Part shown: positions 39,421 to 53,464 of the stretch, piece by piece
Layout: each line of letters starts with the position of its first letter
Position numbering within the stretch: position 1 is the first letter of the stretch
Origin: Eledone cirrhosa
Taxonomy: Eukaryota
Direction of reading: 5' to 3'
Assembly (NCBI GenBank): GCA_964016885.1
Contig: OZ024740.1
Span: forward strand, 251,038,001-251,102,000
Length of the DNA: 64,000 nucleotides
The notes under the pieces: generated by a model
Databases searched by the model: none
What the model was told of the DNA's origin: nothing
The model's input: only the letters and a program-made list of their open reading frames with translations
Program-made: the position numbers and the translations under genes

Positions 39421-39563
39421 AAAATCCTAGTGTATTTAGTGAAAGTGGATTTGAAAAACAAAAATATAATGAATGTGAAAGTGAGGCTGGAGGAAGAAGA
39501 AAAGGAGAAAAAGAATAATAAATATAAAAGTATATAAAGACACATGCACACACACATATATAT

Positions 39564-39630
<67 letters not shown>

Positions 39631-39859
39631 AATATACACGAGTGTGTATGATTGTGTATAGAAGATTATATTAATAAAAGGAATTCCAACTTTGTCTGAT
39701 TTACTCGTTTTATTTACAATCCTTTAACATTTATAATGGTATTAGAATGAAATACTATGGTAGAATATTAAATGTTAATTGAACAAGTACTTTCATACTT
39801 TCGCAATCTTCAGGTTCATAATGTTTGGTGACAGTCAAGTTTGCAATTTATATGTATAT

Positions 39860-40043
39860 GTATATATATGTATATATAATACATAAGATCAAAAGATGGT
39901 TAAAAGAGTTCCATGTATTTTATTATGCGCATTTCAAAAACAAATATCATCATGCAATAACATTTGCGTTTTCGTCAGATAAAATAGTGAGACATGATAT
40001 GAAGGTTAAAATACACTTGTGAATAGTGCAGTTTTAAATCAAC

Positions 40044-40087
<44 letters not shown>

Positions 40088-40857
40088 ATACATACACATA
40101 CACATAAATACACAAACACATATATATATATATTTACATATACATATATATATACACACATACATACACATATATACACACATACATACACACACACATA
40201 TATAGATATATATACCTACATACGCACACACATATAATTATAAGAATAAATAAAAATCAATGAACAAGCATATACTGAATTAAGCAGTCAACATACAAAT
40301 AAAAAAATAAAAAATAAGAATTAAGGAAATAAAAGTTATTATTGAGTTGACAGCGATACGGAAAGGAGAAAGACACAAATAAAAATAAATAAACAAACAC
40401 ACATGGTAAGCAAATGCACAAGATAAAGTAAATATATTTATATATATATACATACATATATATACATGCATACACATACACATACATATATACACATATA
40501 CATACATATATACACATACACAGAAAAATATATACAGTACAAACATATACATATACATGTATATAAATATATATACACATATACATACATACATATACAT
40601 ACACACACATATACAATTCACATTCATACACATTGATACGCATGCATATACTCACAATCACACAAATAGGAACATATATATAAATGTAGGTGAATATACA
40701 TATGTCGAAAAACATATAAATACATTCACGTACACATATGCATGAGAAAAAATACATGCAACCACATACACACATACGCATAAGTACGTACACATACATA
40801 CGCACGCGCATATATATATATATATATACACACATACACTATATATATATATACACG

Positions 40858-40898
<41 letters not shown>

Positions 40899-41072
40899 AG
40901 GTGGAAGGGGTATAGTTGGGAATACGACAAATAATAAATAAAGGTATAAATTTTTATAGCTGCTTTAGAGCACTCAACTGGAGCAAATAATCAATGAAAA
41001 TAAACATTAAATAACTCTATGTAATTATGCATATACATATATATATATACATACACACACAACCATATACAT

Positions 41073-41126
<54 letters not shown>

Positions 41127-42085
41127 TTATATACACACACACATATAAACAAAAAGTTACATCACCACATAAATAAAAATACACATACACATATAAACAC
41201 ACACGCACACATATATATACATATATATATACACATATACACAAACACACACATACACACAGAAATAAAAATCTATAAATAAAAAAGAGGTGGGTATGTA
41301 AAGGGTAAGGTAGAAAGTAGGGGGGAATAAGAAAAATAAATAACATAAGAAAAAGTTTAAATATAAGAGGAGATAAGGGATAAAAAAAATAAAAGGGTAC
41401 AGAAAGTGAGTTCAGAGAGTAATACAAATTGTAGTGGATGTAAGGCGTAAAGAGCAAAGAAGAAGTTCAAGGGGTTGGGTCATCGTAGGAATGTCAATCC
41501 AGTTACAGAGCAGATGTGATTTCAGGTGAGGACAACATCTGAAGATCTCGGTCTTGGAGTTAAGGCAAGTTGAAGTGGCTTTCAAATTTTGTAGAATTCT
41601 AAATTTGTCAGTGGTACACAAAGAACAATTCTTTTTGCCCCTTTGGTGTGTGTATGTGTGTATGTATGTATATCTTTATATATAGGTTTTTTATATATAT
41701 TTTTTTTCATATATATGTGTGTATGTGGTTGTATGTATTTTTTCTCATGCATATGTGTACGTGAATGTATTTATGTTTTTCGATATATGTATATTCACCT
41801 ACATTTATATATATGTTCCTATTCGTGTGATTGTGAATATATGCATGCGTATCAATGTGTATGAATGTGAATTGTATATGTGTGTGTATGTTTTTTTATA
41901 TATATGTGTGTGTATGTATATGTATGTGAGTATATATATATATATGTATATGTATAAATGTATGTATTTATGTGCGTGTATTTGTATGTATACACTTTTC
42001 TGTGTATATGTTCGTACTGTATCTATTTTTGTGTGTGTATTTTTCTGTGTATGTGTATATGTGTATGTGTATGCATGTATATATA

Positions 42086-42158
<73 letters not shown>

Positions 42159-42632
42159 TAGAATTGTTGCTCTGAAACGGGAGGAGTAGTTGGCTTTGAT
42201 AAGCATCAATAAATGCAGAAACAAGGCCTTGTCAGCTTTATCTCCCCCTGTTTGCTGAAATTAAAGTAAGTGAGTCTGTCACTACACTAAAACAATAGCA
42301 TAAGGTCTTCAAAATGCTTTTTATTAAGTATACAGTGTATTGCAAAATACACTATATATACATTCATATATATATATATATATTTATTTTATCTTGTGCA
42401 TTTGCTAACCACGTGTGTTTGTTTATTTATTTTTATTTGTCTTTCTCCGTTCTGTATCGATGTCAACTCAATAATAATTTTTATTTCCTTAATTCTTATT
42501 TTTTATTTTGTTATTTGTATGTGACTGCCTAATTCAGTATATGTTTGTTCATTGATTTTTATTTATTCTTATAATTATATGTGTGTGTGCATATGTAGGT
42601 CTATATTATCTATATATGTGTGTGCGTATGTA

Positions 42633-42640
<8 letters not shown>
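39860..42640 (-). mobile_element. Naiad-like PLE 3' fragment with microsatellite-rich tail and inverted duplicate
   Basis: 41412-41640 encodes CSLCTTDKFRIL..LNSKTEIFRCCPH. About 41650-42640 is an inverted copy of ~40170-40800. Hammerhead at 39916. Confidence 0.7.
39916..39986 (-). ncRNA. Type I hammerhead ribozyme (family 3)
   Basis: TATTTTAT-CTGACGA-stem II-GAA-ATGCGCAT-A-ATAAAATA. Perfect 8-bp stem I and palindromic stem III. Confidence 0.85.
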
Positions 42641-42713
<73 letters not shown>

Positions 42714-43183
42714 GGTAAATTTCTTTAAGTCGTTTGGAAGCCTCGACAATGCAGATGGGTAAATCTAAGGGGACCAAGATCCGGTGGTGGAGAGAGAGAT
42801 GTAAGTAAGTGGGTCTACGTTGAGATGCGTGGCGTGTATAAGACTGTAACGTGTAGAGGAATGAAGGAAAGAGCGTAAAGGATAAAAATAACAACACGAG
42901 AAAGAGTTACCTTGGGAGAGATTTAATTGTCCCTATATATTTCGGATTCACATCCATCAACTGGGGTTTTTTTTCGGGGGTGGGGGGGGGGGGGGTTGTC
43001 TGTCGGAAAGGTGTGAAACGTGTCCTCCGCTGTTCGTTGTTTTGAATATCAGGTATTCAGCAGAGCGCGCATGCGCGTGAAATGGGGTTGGTCAGGCAGA
43101 AGTCAGCAGCCGAAGTAGTTCTTTCAATTGTGGGAGTGGGGTGGCGCTAGCTATCAGTCCATTCTCTGTTTGGTGAATGTTAC

Positions 43184-43214
<31 letters not shown>

Positions 43215-46200
43215 GTTGTTGCCTTGTTCCTCGTATTGGCAGTGTAGTATGTTCGTATGGTGGAATGCTACTGTGTGTGTGTTGCTGTCTCGCTTGTATG
43301 TGTGCGTGCATGTGTTGCTGCATCGTTTGTTAACTTAAACCAACCACCTCATTTCACTTCTCTCGGATCGGTTGTTTAGTTGTGGCCCTAGGCGTTTGAT
43401 CCAAAGTGCTTCCTTGATACGTAACGTGCCAACGTTTCTTTCTGTTGCTAGAATTGTGACAATGGGCCTTCCGTCTTTGTTTCTGGAAAGGCGAGGCCCT
43501 GGTTTTAGTGTGTTCCTTGATCCGGATGTGCAACGGCCGGATTGTGCTACCTATATAGTATTGGTTGCACTTGTTACATTCTATCTTATACACGACGTAT
43601 GTGCGTAGGCAACAGTTTGCATGGCGCATCGGGCAGTCTCTGAGGGAGCACGCGTCAGTGGATTTCCCGGGTTTCCTGGAGAGGCATCTTCGCAGGGAGG
43701 GGCCCGAGTGGGCCAGGTGGATGTCGAGGCCATCCGTATAGCCTTGCGGATAGCGTTGGTGGTATTCTCGCCCAGGTGTGGAATTTTGGGTGCCTCTCTG
43801 TCTCTTGTGCCTGGTGTTTCCTACTCTGTCTGCGAACGAGGTAGGGTACCCGTTCGTCTCCAGCACCTCGAGGAATCGCTTGGTATGAGTGACACCACTC
43901 GCGGGATTGCTGCATCTGTTTTTCATTTGCGCGATCTCGTTCGTGATGTATCCTCTTTTGGCACTGTTAGGGAGGGCGGACTTTCGGTAGAAGTTGCAGT
44001 GGATACCTCCCTGTTCCGTGATGTTGATTCGGAAGTCGAAGAGGGCAAGTGACCCGTCGTCGTTGGGGTGTTCAACACTGAAGCCAATGTTCTCATCCGT
44101 GTTGTTGAACGTCTCATAGATTCTGTTCGCCATGTCTTGGGAAGATGTGAGGATGAGGATATCGTCCACGTACCTTGAGAAAAAGGCGACAGCGTTGGGG
44201 TGGCAGGCGTTGAGTGCCTTGCGCTCGAGGCTGTCCATGTAAGAGATCGCTAGCACACCCGACAGGCTTGATCCCATGGGCAGTCCCGAGGTTTGTTGGT
44301 ATGTTTGGTCAAGGAATCCGAAGTAGGTGTTGTCGACGATGATGGATAGGAGTTGGTTATGTAAGTGGTGGTGAGCCCGAAGCAGTGTAGGTCAGTGGAT
44401 TGGACGCGTTCCATCAGTATATTGACGGCTGGGAGTGCCGGGACCGAGGTGTAGAGAATGACTGGTGTCGGGATCCATTTGATGCAGGCGCTTCAACACC
44501 TCCTCGGAGCTGTTAACGTGTCCCGGCAAGGTGTCTAAGATGGGTTTGAGTATTCTGGCTAGGAGCCATGAAATTTTGTAGAGTGGTCCTTCCACGCTCG
44601 ACACAATGAGCCTGATCTTCAGGTTGGGTCCCTGTTTGTGTGTTTTCACGAGGTAGTAGAAGGCGGGGAGTCTGCTGTTCCTCGTGAGGAGGTTGTATCT
44701 CAGCTTCTTCGGGAGCTTCCGCCGGTCGCAGATGTTGGTCCAGGCGGCGTTGATGTGCTCTTCTATCTGCGCGGGAGCTATTCCCGTGACCTTGGACTAG
44801 AGGTTGTCATCGTCAAGGTGTTGGAGGGCCAGGGTGTTGTAGGCCTCTCTGCTGATGACGCAGAATTCTTTTCCCTTGTCGGAGGGGAGATAGATGAGGT
44901 TCTTCGATTTTAGGTTGGAGAGAGTGGTGAGTTGAGATTTGGTGAGGTTGTGCGTGTGTGTGTGTGTTTGTGAAGTATATCCGAGATGGAGTGTTTTAGC
45001 CTGTTGAGTTTAGTGTCGAGTTCGTGGTTGGTGGGTGGGGGGTGGAGTGGGTTGTTGGGGTGGGTTGCGTGGGCGCTGTTATTTTCTGTGGCGCTGTTGA
45101 TGGCGGTCACCCATTTAAGTTGGTAAGCGGCTCGACAAAAGTTGGCCTCGATGTTGAGTTTGAGTCTGTCATCGAGTCGTTGTGAGACGATGAACTTGGG
45201 TCTGAGGTGTAGGAGTTTCAGCTCGTGAGAGTGCCGGTTAGGTCGGTGACCAGGTGCGTTGCATCGTTGAGGTGTGGCTCAGTGTTGGTGGATGCGGCGG
45301 TGGTGGTTGTTAAGTTGTTGTTTTCCACGTGGTTCTGGTCCGTCTGTTCGTTAGTGTCGATGTTCTCGTTGTGGAGTTTAGACAAGATCCACTCATATTT
45401 CCGCTTGAGCCGTTTTTTCTCGTATTGGACTCTGGAGTGGTAGTACTGGTCGATTGCTTTAGTGATTTTCAGGAGCAAGTCGCCGAGTGTTATTGACAGT
45501 CGATGTGTCCGCTCTGAGAGTGTCCGCTTATGGACGTGTAATTGGCGGTTGAGATGTATCAGGATCTGTCTAATACACGTGCGATGTATGCGGTTAGTGG
45601 TGTTTTGGAAAGCTGGTAAGTGGATGTTCCTGATGGTGTTGGGGATGACATCGTTTTTAGGCAGCGTTTCAGGAAAATAATTTGACAGCCAGCATTGGCC
45701 CATTTCTCTGACAGTCTAAACAGTTCCCTTACGGATGCAAACAATTCTTGGCTCAGATGTAAGGATAAGAGAGTCTTGAAGTTTGCTTGAAGCATTGTGG
45801 AATAATAAGGTAAATTTCTTTAAGTCGTTTGGAAGCCTTGACAATGCAGATGGGTAAATCGCCGGGTAACAAGATCCGGTGGTGGAGAGAGAGATGTAAG
45901 TGGGTGTACGTTGAGATGCGTGGCGTGTATAAGACTGTAACGTGTAGAGGAATGAAGGAAAGAGCGTAAAGGATAAACATAAAAATAACAACACAAGAAA
46001 GAGTTACCTTGGGAGAGATTTAATTGTCCCTATATATTTCGGATTCACATCCATCAACTGGGGTTTTTCGGGGGGGGGGGGGGGTTGTCTGTCGGAAAGG
46101 TGCGAAACGTCCCGATGCGCCATGCGAACTGTTGCCTACGCACATATGTCGAAGAATAAGATAGAATGTAACAAGTGCAACCAATACTATATAGGTAGCA

Positions 46201-47039
46201 CAATCAGGCCGTTGCACATCCGGATCAAGGGCCTCGTCTTTCCGGAAACACATAGCCAAATGCGGAAACAAAGACAGAAGGCCCATTGTCACAATTCTAG
46301 CGACAGAAAGAAACATCGGAACGTTACGTATCAAGGAAGCACTTTGGATCAAACGCCTGGGGCCACAACTAAAAAACCGATCCAAGAGAAGCGAAATGAG
46401 GTGGTTGGTTTAAGTTAACAAACGATGCAGCAACACACGCACACACACACACACACACAGTAGCATTCCACCATACGAACATACACTACCAATACAGAGG
46501 AACAAGGCAACAACACGCGCGCACACACACACACTTAAGCGAGACAACAACACACGCACACACCCACACACAGTAACATTCACCAAACAGGCAGAGAATG
46601 GACTGACAGCTAGCGCCACCCCACTCCCACAATTGAAAGAACTACTTCGGCTGCTGACCTCTGCCTGACCGACCCCATTTCACGCGCACGCGCGCTCTGC
46701 TGAAATACCTCAGATATTCAAAACAACGAACAGCGGAGGACACGTTTCGCACCTTTCCGACTGACATCACCCCCCACCCACCCCACCACCCTCCACCCCG
46801 GAGAAAACCCCAGTTGATGGATGTGAATCCGAAATATATAGGGACAATTAAATCTCTCCCAAAGTAACTCTTTCTTGTGTTGTTATTTTTATGTTTATTC
46901 TTTACGCTCTTTCCTTCATTCCTCTACACGTTACAGTCTTATACACGTCACGCATCTCAACGTACACCCACTTACATCTCTCTCTCCACCACCGGATCTT
47001 GTTACCCGGCGATTTACCCATCTGCATTGTCGAGGCTTC
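42714..47039 (-). mobile_element. Penelope-like element, essentially complete but frameshifted, with direct and inverted pseudo-LTRs
   Basis: ORF remnants 45795 to 43354: LVKTHK, GLPMGSSLSGVLA, RYVDD, VVYKIEC..C..YYIGSTIRPLHIRIKEH. Direct repeat 42714-43021 / 45809-46110. Segment 46111-47039 is an inverted copy of 42737-43633. Confidence 0.92.
46808..46843 (+). ncRNA. Hammerhead-like fold with non-canonical core in the PLE pseudo-LTR (also minus strand at ~42930-42966 and ~46028-46063)
   Basis: CCC-CAGTTGA-T-GGAT GTGA ATCC-GAA-ATATAT-A-GGG. Confidence 0.45.
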
Positions 47040-47107
47040 ATATGTATATATATATATATACATATATAAATAAATTATACCATTATCAAAGTTGTGTTCA
47101 AATCATT

Positions 47108-47161
47108 TAATAGCTGACAATCGTTTCTTCCAAACTCTCGTTTGGTGTCATCAGAGCATTA
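47108..47161 (-). ncRNA. Type I hammerhead ribozyme (family 5)
   Basis: TAATGCT-CTGATGA-CA CCAAAC GAGA GTTTGG AA-GAA-ACGATTGT-C-AGCTATTA. GNRA-capped stem II. Lies downstream of a decayed GIY-YIG remnant at 47350-47640. Confidence 0.8.
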
Positions 47162-47908
47162 TCAATGTTTGCACATATAATTACCCTCCTATTCGATTGA
47201 ACAATAATATAGATACATATAAATTGATGTTGTGAGCAACAGTTTCGTATTTACAGGGTGGAATGGATGTGACATATATTTTACGAGAATTGTACAATAA
47301 TTGTACAAACTTTCAAGTTCAAATCAAAATTAAAATTAAAATCAAAAGCACGGAGTGGAATACATGCAACAGTTAAAACAAGGGAATAGTCCAAATATTA
47401 AAGAGGCATTGAGGAAGCAGTTTTGAGAAAGGAAGAGTGCGATAACAAATCATATGCAGGCGTGTGGATAGTGTGACTGCGTAAGTCATATACATGAGAA
47501 GGAGACAAGCAAAACTGTTATGCATATATAGATGAATAAATACTGCAGTTGAAGCAAATATGTATTGAATGTTGATGGTGTTCGAATTAATGTGTGTTGA
47601 GGAACATAGAGTTTTTGCAGACTTTTCCATGACATATGTTGAATTAAATTTTAGTTAATGTTTATATTGAGTGTTTTAAGTTAGTTAGAGCAATATATAT
47701 ATATGTGTATGTGTGGATATATATATATATGTATATGTATATATATATGTGTATATATATATATGTATATGTGTGTGTGTGCGTGTGTGTTTATATACTT
47801 TTATATTTATTATTATTTTTCTCCTTTTCTTCTTCCTCCAACCTCACTTTCATATTTATTATATTTTTGTTTTTCATATCCACTTTCAATAAATACACCA
47901 GGATTTTG

Positions 47909-47964
47909 TCATTCTGATGACTGAAAGCAAATTTGTTTGCGTTCAAGAAACCATTGGTAAATGA
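47909..47964 (+). ncRNA. Type I hammerhead ribozyme (family 1)
   Basis: TCATT-CTGATGA-stem II-GAA-ACCATTGGT-A-AATGA. Confidence 0.8.
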
Positions 47965-48066
47965 AATAATTATCTTATGTTATTTATTACATAACATAAT
48001 AAATAAATAAATAAATATATATATATGTAAGCAATGAGTTATTTAATTTGTTGGTTATTCAAAATA

Positions 48067-48128
48067 TATTTTATCTGATGAGAGCGTACCAAAAATCTTG
48101 GTACCCTTGAAATATATACAATAAAATA
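48067..48128 (+). ncRNA. Type I hammerhead (family 2), U16.1-to-C mutant, probably inactive
   Basis: TATTTTAT-CTGATGA-GAGC GTACCAA AAATC TTGGTAC CCTT-GAA-ATATATAC-A-ATAAAATA. Confidence 0.7.
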
Positions 48129-48209
48129 AATATGGTTTTATAAAGATAGTTTCCATTTATTAATACTATTGATATATATATATATATATATGTACATATA
48201 TATATATAT

Positions 48210-49022
48210 ATATACATGGAGAGCAAAGCAGTTAAATTATAGAGAGGGGGAATGATCTTACATACATACATATATACTACCGTCAGCTTTATAAGTATTG
48301 ATATGTGTATGTGTGTATGTGCATGTGTGTGTTTTGTTTTGATGTTATCCGGCAATTGGCGAAATCAGGTCTGAAAGTATGTGTATTTGTGTGTGTGTGT
48401 GTGTTACTTATGCGAGCGACGACATGGTCCCCCTCTGTCTCGCTCTCTGTCTCTCTGTCTCTCTTAATAACTAACACTTTAATTGTATCTCTCTCTCTGT
48501 CTAACGGCCTATCTCTCTCTTTCCCCTCCCTCTGTTTTTCTATCTCTCTCTGTCTAACGGCCTATCTCTCTCTTTCCCCTCCCTCTGTTTTTCTATCTCT
48601 CTCTGTAGATGTGTGTGTGATTATAGAGAGAGGGAAGAGCGACGGAGAGAGTAAAGCTAAGAAACTATAGGGAGGTGTGTAGGATACATACACACGACGC
48701 TCAGCTTTATAATATTATTGAAGGTAGATACGGAAAGTAAAAGTGTGTTGTCATATAGAGAGTGAAAAGAGACAGAGAGTAAAGCAGTTAAATTATAGAG
48801 AGGGTGGAAGAGGGAGAGAGAGAGAGACGACGCTCAACTTTATAATATTTGAGAGTGAAGAGCGACGGAGAGAGTAAAGCAGTTAAATTATAGAGAGGGG
48901 GAATGATCTATTATAGAGAGAGGGAAGAGCGACGGAAAGAGTAAAGCTAAGAAACTATAGGGAGGTGTGTAGGATACATACATAATACATACACAAGACG
49001 CTCAGCTTTATAATATTATAGA
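48210..49022 (-). mobile_element. Non-autonomous Helitron-like repeat with internal tandem units
   Basis: Minus-strand start TCTATAATATTATAAAGCTG resembles Helitron 5' ends. Repeated GACGCTCAGCTTTATAATATT and AGAGTAAAGC units. Confidence 0.4.
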
Positions 49023-49024
49023 TT

Positions 49025-50775
49025 AGAAGAAGACGTTATCTTTCATGCTAGGAAAACACTACTCTTTGCTAATGAAGGTACTTGGGTTGAAAAATCAAGC
49101 CCTGAAAACTCTTTTGATGTTGCGATGGGATCATATGATGTGTGCGACTTAGTAGGATTATTCCTCCTCCACACCCTTAAAGAGAAATTTCCTTGCCATA
49201 ATATCTGTTTATACCAAGACGACGGTTTGGCAGTTTCTCATACCACCAACAGCCATAACCTTGATAAATTCTATAAAGACTTAATCAATACCTTTGCTAA
49301 CCTAAACCTAAAAATTACTATCGATACGAATCTTACTAATACTAACTTCCTTGATATCAATCTTGACCTACTTACCTCCTCTTTTAAACCTTATCATAAA
49401 CCTAATGAAAATTTAAGATATATCAAAGAGTCTTGCCATCCCCCTATAGTCTTTAAAAATCTTATTCCTAACATTAGCCGTAGGATTTCTACCTTATCTT
49501 CGTCTATAGACATTTTAACAAAGCTGCCCCTTATTATAATAAGGCCCTCAATAATAGCAGCTTCACCAAACATATTAAATATTTTCCTACTCCTCTATCT
49601 AACACTAAACACAATAACAGGAAAAGAAAATTATTTGGTTTACACCCCCCTTCTCTCTAACTGTTAAAACTAACGTAGGAAGAAAATTCCTCGACCTTCT
49701 AGACAAACATTTTCCTCCTAATCATAGATATAATAAGATATTCAATAGAAATGTAGTTAAAATCAACTACTCTTGCTGCCCATCAATGAGAACTAAAATT
49801 ACCAACTCTAATGGTACTAAAGTAAATCCAGGATGCAGTTGCAGGAAACTGGAAGAATGCCCATTACAGAGTAAATGTAATACCAAATCTATTGTGTATG
49901 AGGCCAAATTGACACCGATGATTAATAACCAGCCAGCCAGGAGTGAACGATATGTTGGTATGACTCAGGACAGATTTAAAAACAGATACTATGCACATGT
50001 CGCTTCTTTCAAACACCCTGAAAAAAGAACAGCAACAGCGCTGGCAAATAAAGTGTTGGAGTTTAAAGACAAAAACATTCCGTACACATTTAGACCACTC
50101 AAGTGAATACCAAAGGGGCACTAAGAAATGTTCTTTGTGTACTACGGAAAAATTCAGAATTCTCCAAAATTTGAAAACCCCTCCCACTTGTCACAACTCT
50201 AAGACCGATATCTTTAGATGTTGTCTGCACCTGAAATCGCATCTACTTTTTAACTGGATTAACACACCAACGATTACTCAACCACCCTGAGCTTCTTTAC
50301 TTATCACGCCTTCCACTCACTACCAATATCATCACCTTATGAACACATACTTTCTACCAATATATACTCGTTATCTCCCTCATCTTTTTCTATATATATA
50401 TATTTTTCATTTGACTTATAAATCCCCCCACTATTTCCTACCATACCTTTAACACATACAAACCCACTACCATCATCCTTTACCCAGATCACTTTTTAAC
50501 TATATACCCTTATCCAGATCTCATCACAAACACTCACTCTCTACCACAACTTTTACACCCCTTTTCTCCCTTATCTGTTCATAAGAAATGTTTATATTAT
50601 TTGATCTCAGTTATACTCCCCCTTGTCCTTACTTACCCACTAGGTTTTTTAAGTGTACTCACATAAGGTTGTATGTGGGTGCATATGCAGACAGGCTTAT
50701 GTGTACATACACATATACGTGTATTTATTATATTATATATGTGTGTTCTTATTCGTGTATATCTTTTGTATGTGT

Positions 50776-50831
<56 letters not shown>

Positions 50832-51067
50832 TTATATATAAGCAAAGAGATATTTATTTTGTTGGTTATTCAACAAATATATATATTTATAACTGATTCG
50901 AAGCACTCGACAGGTCTTCTGGAGTATATCATCTTTTCATTTTTTTCATTTTTTGGTAACCCCCCCCCCTTTTATACTCCCACCTGCGAGTGTGTGTGTA
51001 TTTATAGTTCGTCTGCCTATATGTTTATACACACACACACGCATGTGTATGTATGCATGCATGTGTT

Positions 51068-51102
<35 letters not shown>

Positions 51103-51313
51103 ATATATGTGTGTATATATGTATATGTGTTTTTGTATATATGTGTGTATGGATTTACATATATGTTTTTATGTATGTGTGTGTTAAATTTTTTTTTATT
51201 GCGCGCGTGTGTACGTATGTACGTGGGTTATGTACCTATGAGATTCATCTATCTAATTTATTATATGTTTTTGAATGTGTATGTATGTGGATGTGTGTAT
51301 ATGTATATACATA

Positions 51314-51360
<47 letters not shown>

Positions 51361-51490
51361 ATATATATGCATATATATATGTATATATATTTATTTTTAT
51401 ATATATACATATATGTGTGTGTGTTTGTATGAGTGTATAGGTATATATACATATATATATATACATTATATGTATGTGTGTGTGTGTAAA
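49025..51490 (+). mobile_element. Naiad-like PLE, 5'-truncated RT plus GIY-YIG plus microsatellite-rich 3' region
   Basis: FDVAMGSYD..VCDLVGLFLL, LYQDDGL, CSC..CPL..C, IVYEA..YVGMT..FKNRYYAH, CSLCTTEK..CCLH. Confidence 0.88.
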
Positions 51491-51585
51491 TGATGTATTT
51501 CCCTCAGAAAGGTACATGAAAAAAGAGTGCTCTATGTAGGCTACAGAGCTTATTCGTTATGTAATAAACAGCATAAGATAATTAT

Positions 51586-51646
51586 TTCATTTACCAGTGG
51601 TTTCTTGAAGGCAGATGTTGTGTCTGTCTTCAGTCGTCAGAATGAA
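51586..51646 (-). ncRNA. Type I hammerhead ribozyme (family 1, covariant stem II)
   Basis: TTCATT-CTGACGA-C TGAAGACAGA..TCTGCCTTCA A-GAA-ACCACTGGT-A-AATGAA. Confidence 0.85.
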
Positions 51647-52298
51647 TAAATAACATGGTGTTTTTATTACATATGGATTTGAAAACAAGATTTAGGAAGT
51701 ATGAAAGTGAGGCTGAAAAAACAGGCAAAAAGGAATTAGGCGGAAAAATATATATATATAAATAAATATCCAGAACATAAACATACACACACTCAACTAC
51801 GCGCATATACTTAATAATACGTAGACGTATACTTTCTCACATAAGCGTATTTGCGTCTAGTTAGAAATACGGACAGGAACGTAAATACATACACATACAT
51901 ATACACAAATATATATGCACTCAAATATGTACACACAAATACACACATATAAAAAAAGAGGGTATACATACATATATATATATACATACACATATATATA
52001 TACCCACACACATACATATATACATGCACATGCACATATCAATATGTGCGAACCATTGGGAAGTAGTTCAGAAGCAGAAATAACTAAATAAATATGATCA
52101 AAAAATTCTAAAATATATATATATATATATATATAAGAAAATCAAAATCAAAATCAAAATAAAGTCAAAGAGGGACGTGTTGACAACGAAATGTGTGTGT
52201 ATGGGGGGGGGGGGGGGGGGGGGGGATAAATACAAACAACTTAGAAATAAATATATATATATATATATATACGATATTAAACAAATGGAAACTATATT

Positions 52299-52364
52299 TA
52301 TTTCATTATACATATTTCAGGGATACCATATTAAAAATATGGCATGCCTTCGTCAGATAAAATA
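52299..52364 (-). ncRNA. Type I hammerhead ribozyme (family 2)
   Basis: TATTTTAT-CTGACGA-AGGC ATGCCATATT TTT AATATGGTAT CCCT-GAA-ATATGTAT-A-ATGAAATA. Confidence 0.85.
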
Positions 52365-53326
52365 CAATATATAAACAGTTTTATAAATAATTTTGACGTA
52401 CCATAAATATAAGCGACCATTAAGATAGGAGGCTGGCTTGGTAGTGAAGTGTTTATAATTATTTAGTTATAGTGTTAAGCACAGTTAGAAAAAAAGACGG
52501 AGAGAAAGAAGAAATGGATGTAAAGAAAAACAGAGAGAAATAGGGGAGAGAGAAAGAGATAGGGAGTACTATATATAGAGAGAGTACAGTAGTTATTTAG
52601 TTATAGTGTTAAGCACAGTTAGAGAGAAGACAGAGAGAAAGAAAAAATGGAGATAAAGAGAAAACAGAGAGAGAAAGAGGTGGGAGGAAAAGAAAGAGGG
52701 AGAGAAAATATAATTATATAGGGGGAGGTGAAAAACAAGAGAGAAATATGAGAGGCAAAATCAAAGCGACAGATACATAAAACTTCATCATATATAAAGA
52801 GAGAGGAGAAAGAGCTATATCTAGAGAGAGAGAGGATACAGTTACATCTTTACGTCATGTCATATCAATTTGAATTATCAATTCATATGAACTGGGTAAT
52901 ATAATGTAAATATCAATATTCATGAATGAGACATAGATATATAATGTGAGAAAATAACTTTGCTCAATAATGACCATATGTTTAGTTTAAAACTCTGAGG
53001 TCAATGTACCAAAATCTGAGATAAACCTTCAAAAAATTACCCTATTTATAAAAATACGGAGATATATATGTAAATATATATATACGTATATGTACTTTCT
53101 GAAAAAAAGAAAAAGAGAAAGTTATGTCTAGCTCTAGTCGATAATATAGACATACTTTACGTGATCAACTCTATAATTTCTTGTGTCATAAAAATTTCCT
53201 TGTGTTATAAAAAATTTCACTATATATATACATAAAAAATAAACGATTAATATTCCTGCCCTCACACATATGATTACCGTTCATGTATTTAATATTATGC
53301 ATATCTGTAACATATACAGAACTATA

Positions 53327-53376
<50 letters not shown>

Positions 53377-53464
53377 CAAGATATCTGCGTGAGTATTCCA
53401 GCATCCCTATGCACAGGCACATGAACAGATAAAATAGACTCTGTAAGCTTTCTATATGCATGTT

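Noticed and set aside
32587-50300. Selenocysteine recoding in the Naiad-like PLEs (reported for some Naiads)
   Set aside because: The conserved Cys positions visible here are ordinary TGY codons. The breaks are frameshifts rather than in-frame TGA at Cys sites.
37600-53460. Dozens of ORFs rich in Y/I/C/V/H/T
   Set aside because: They are translations of (TA)n, (CA)n and (TG)n microsatellites, not genes.
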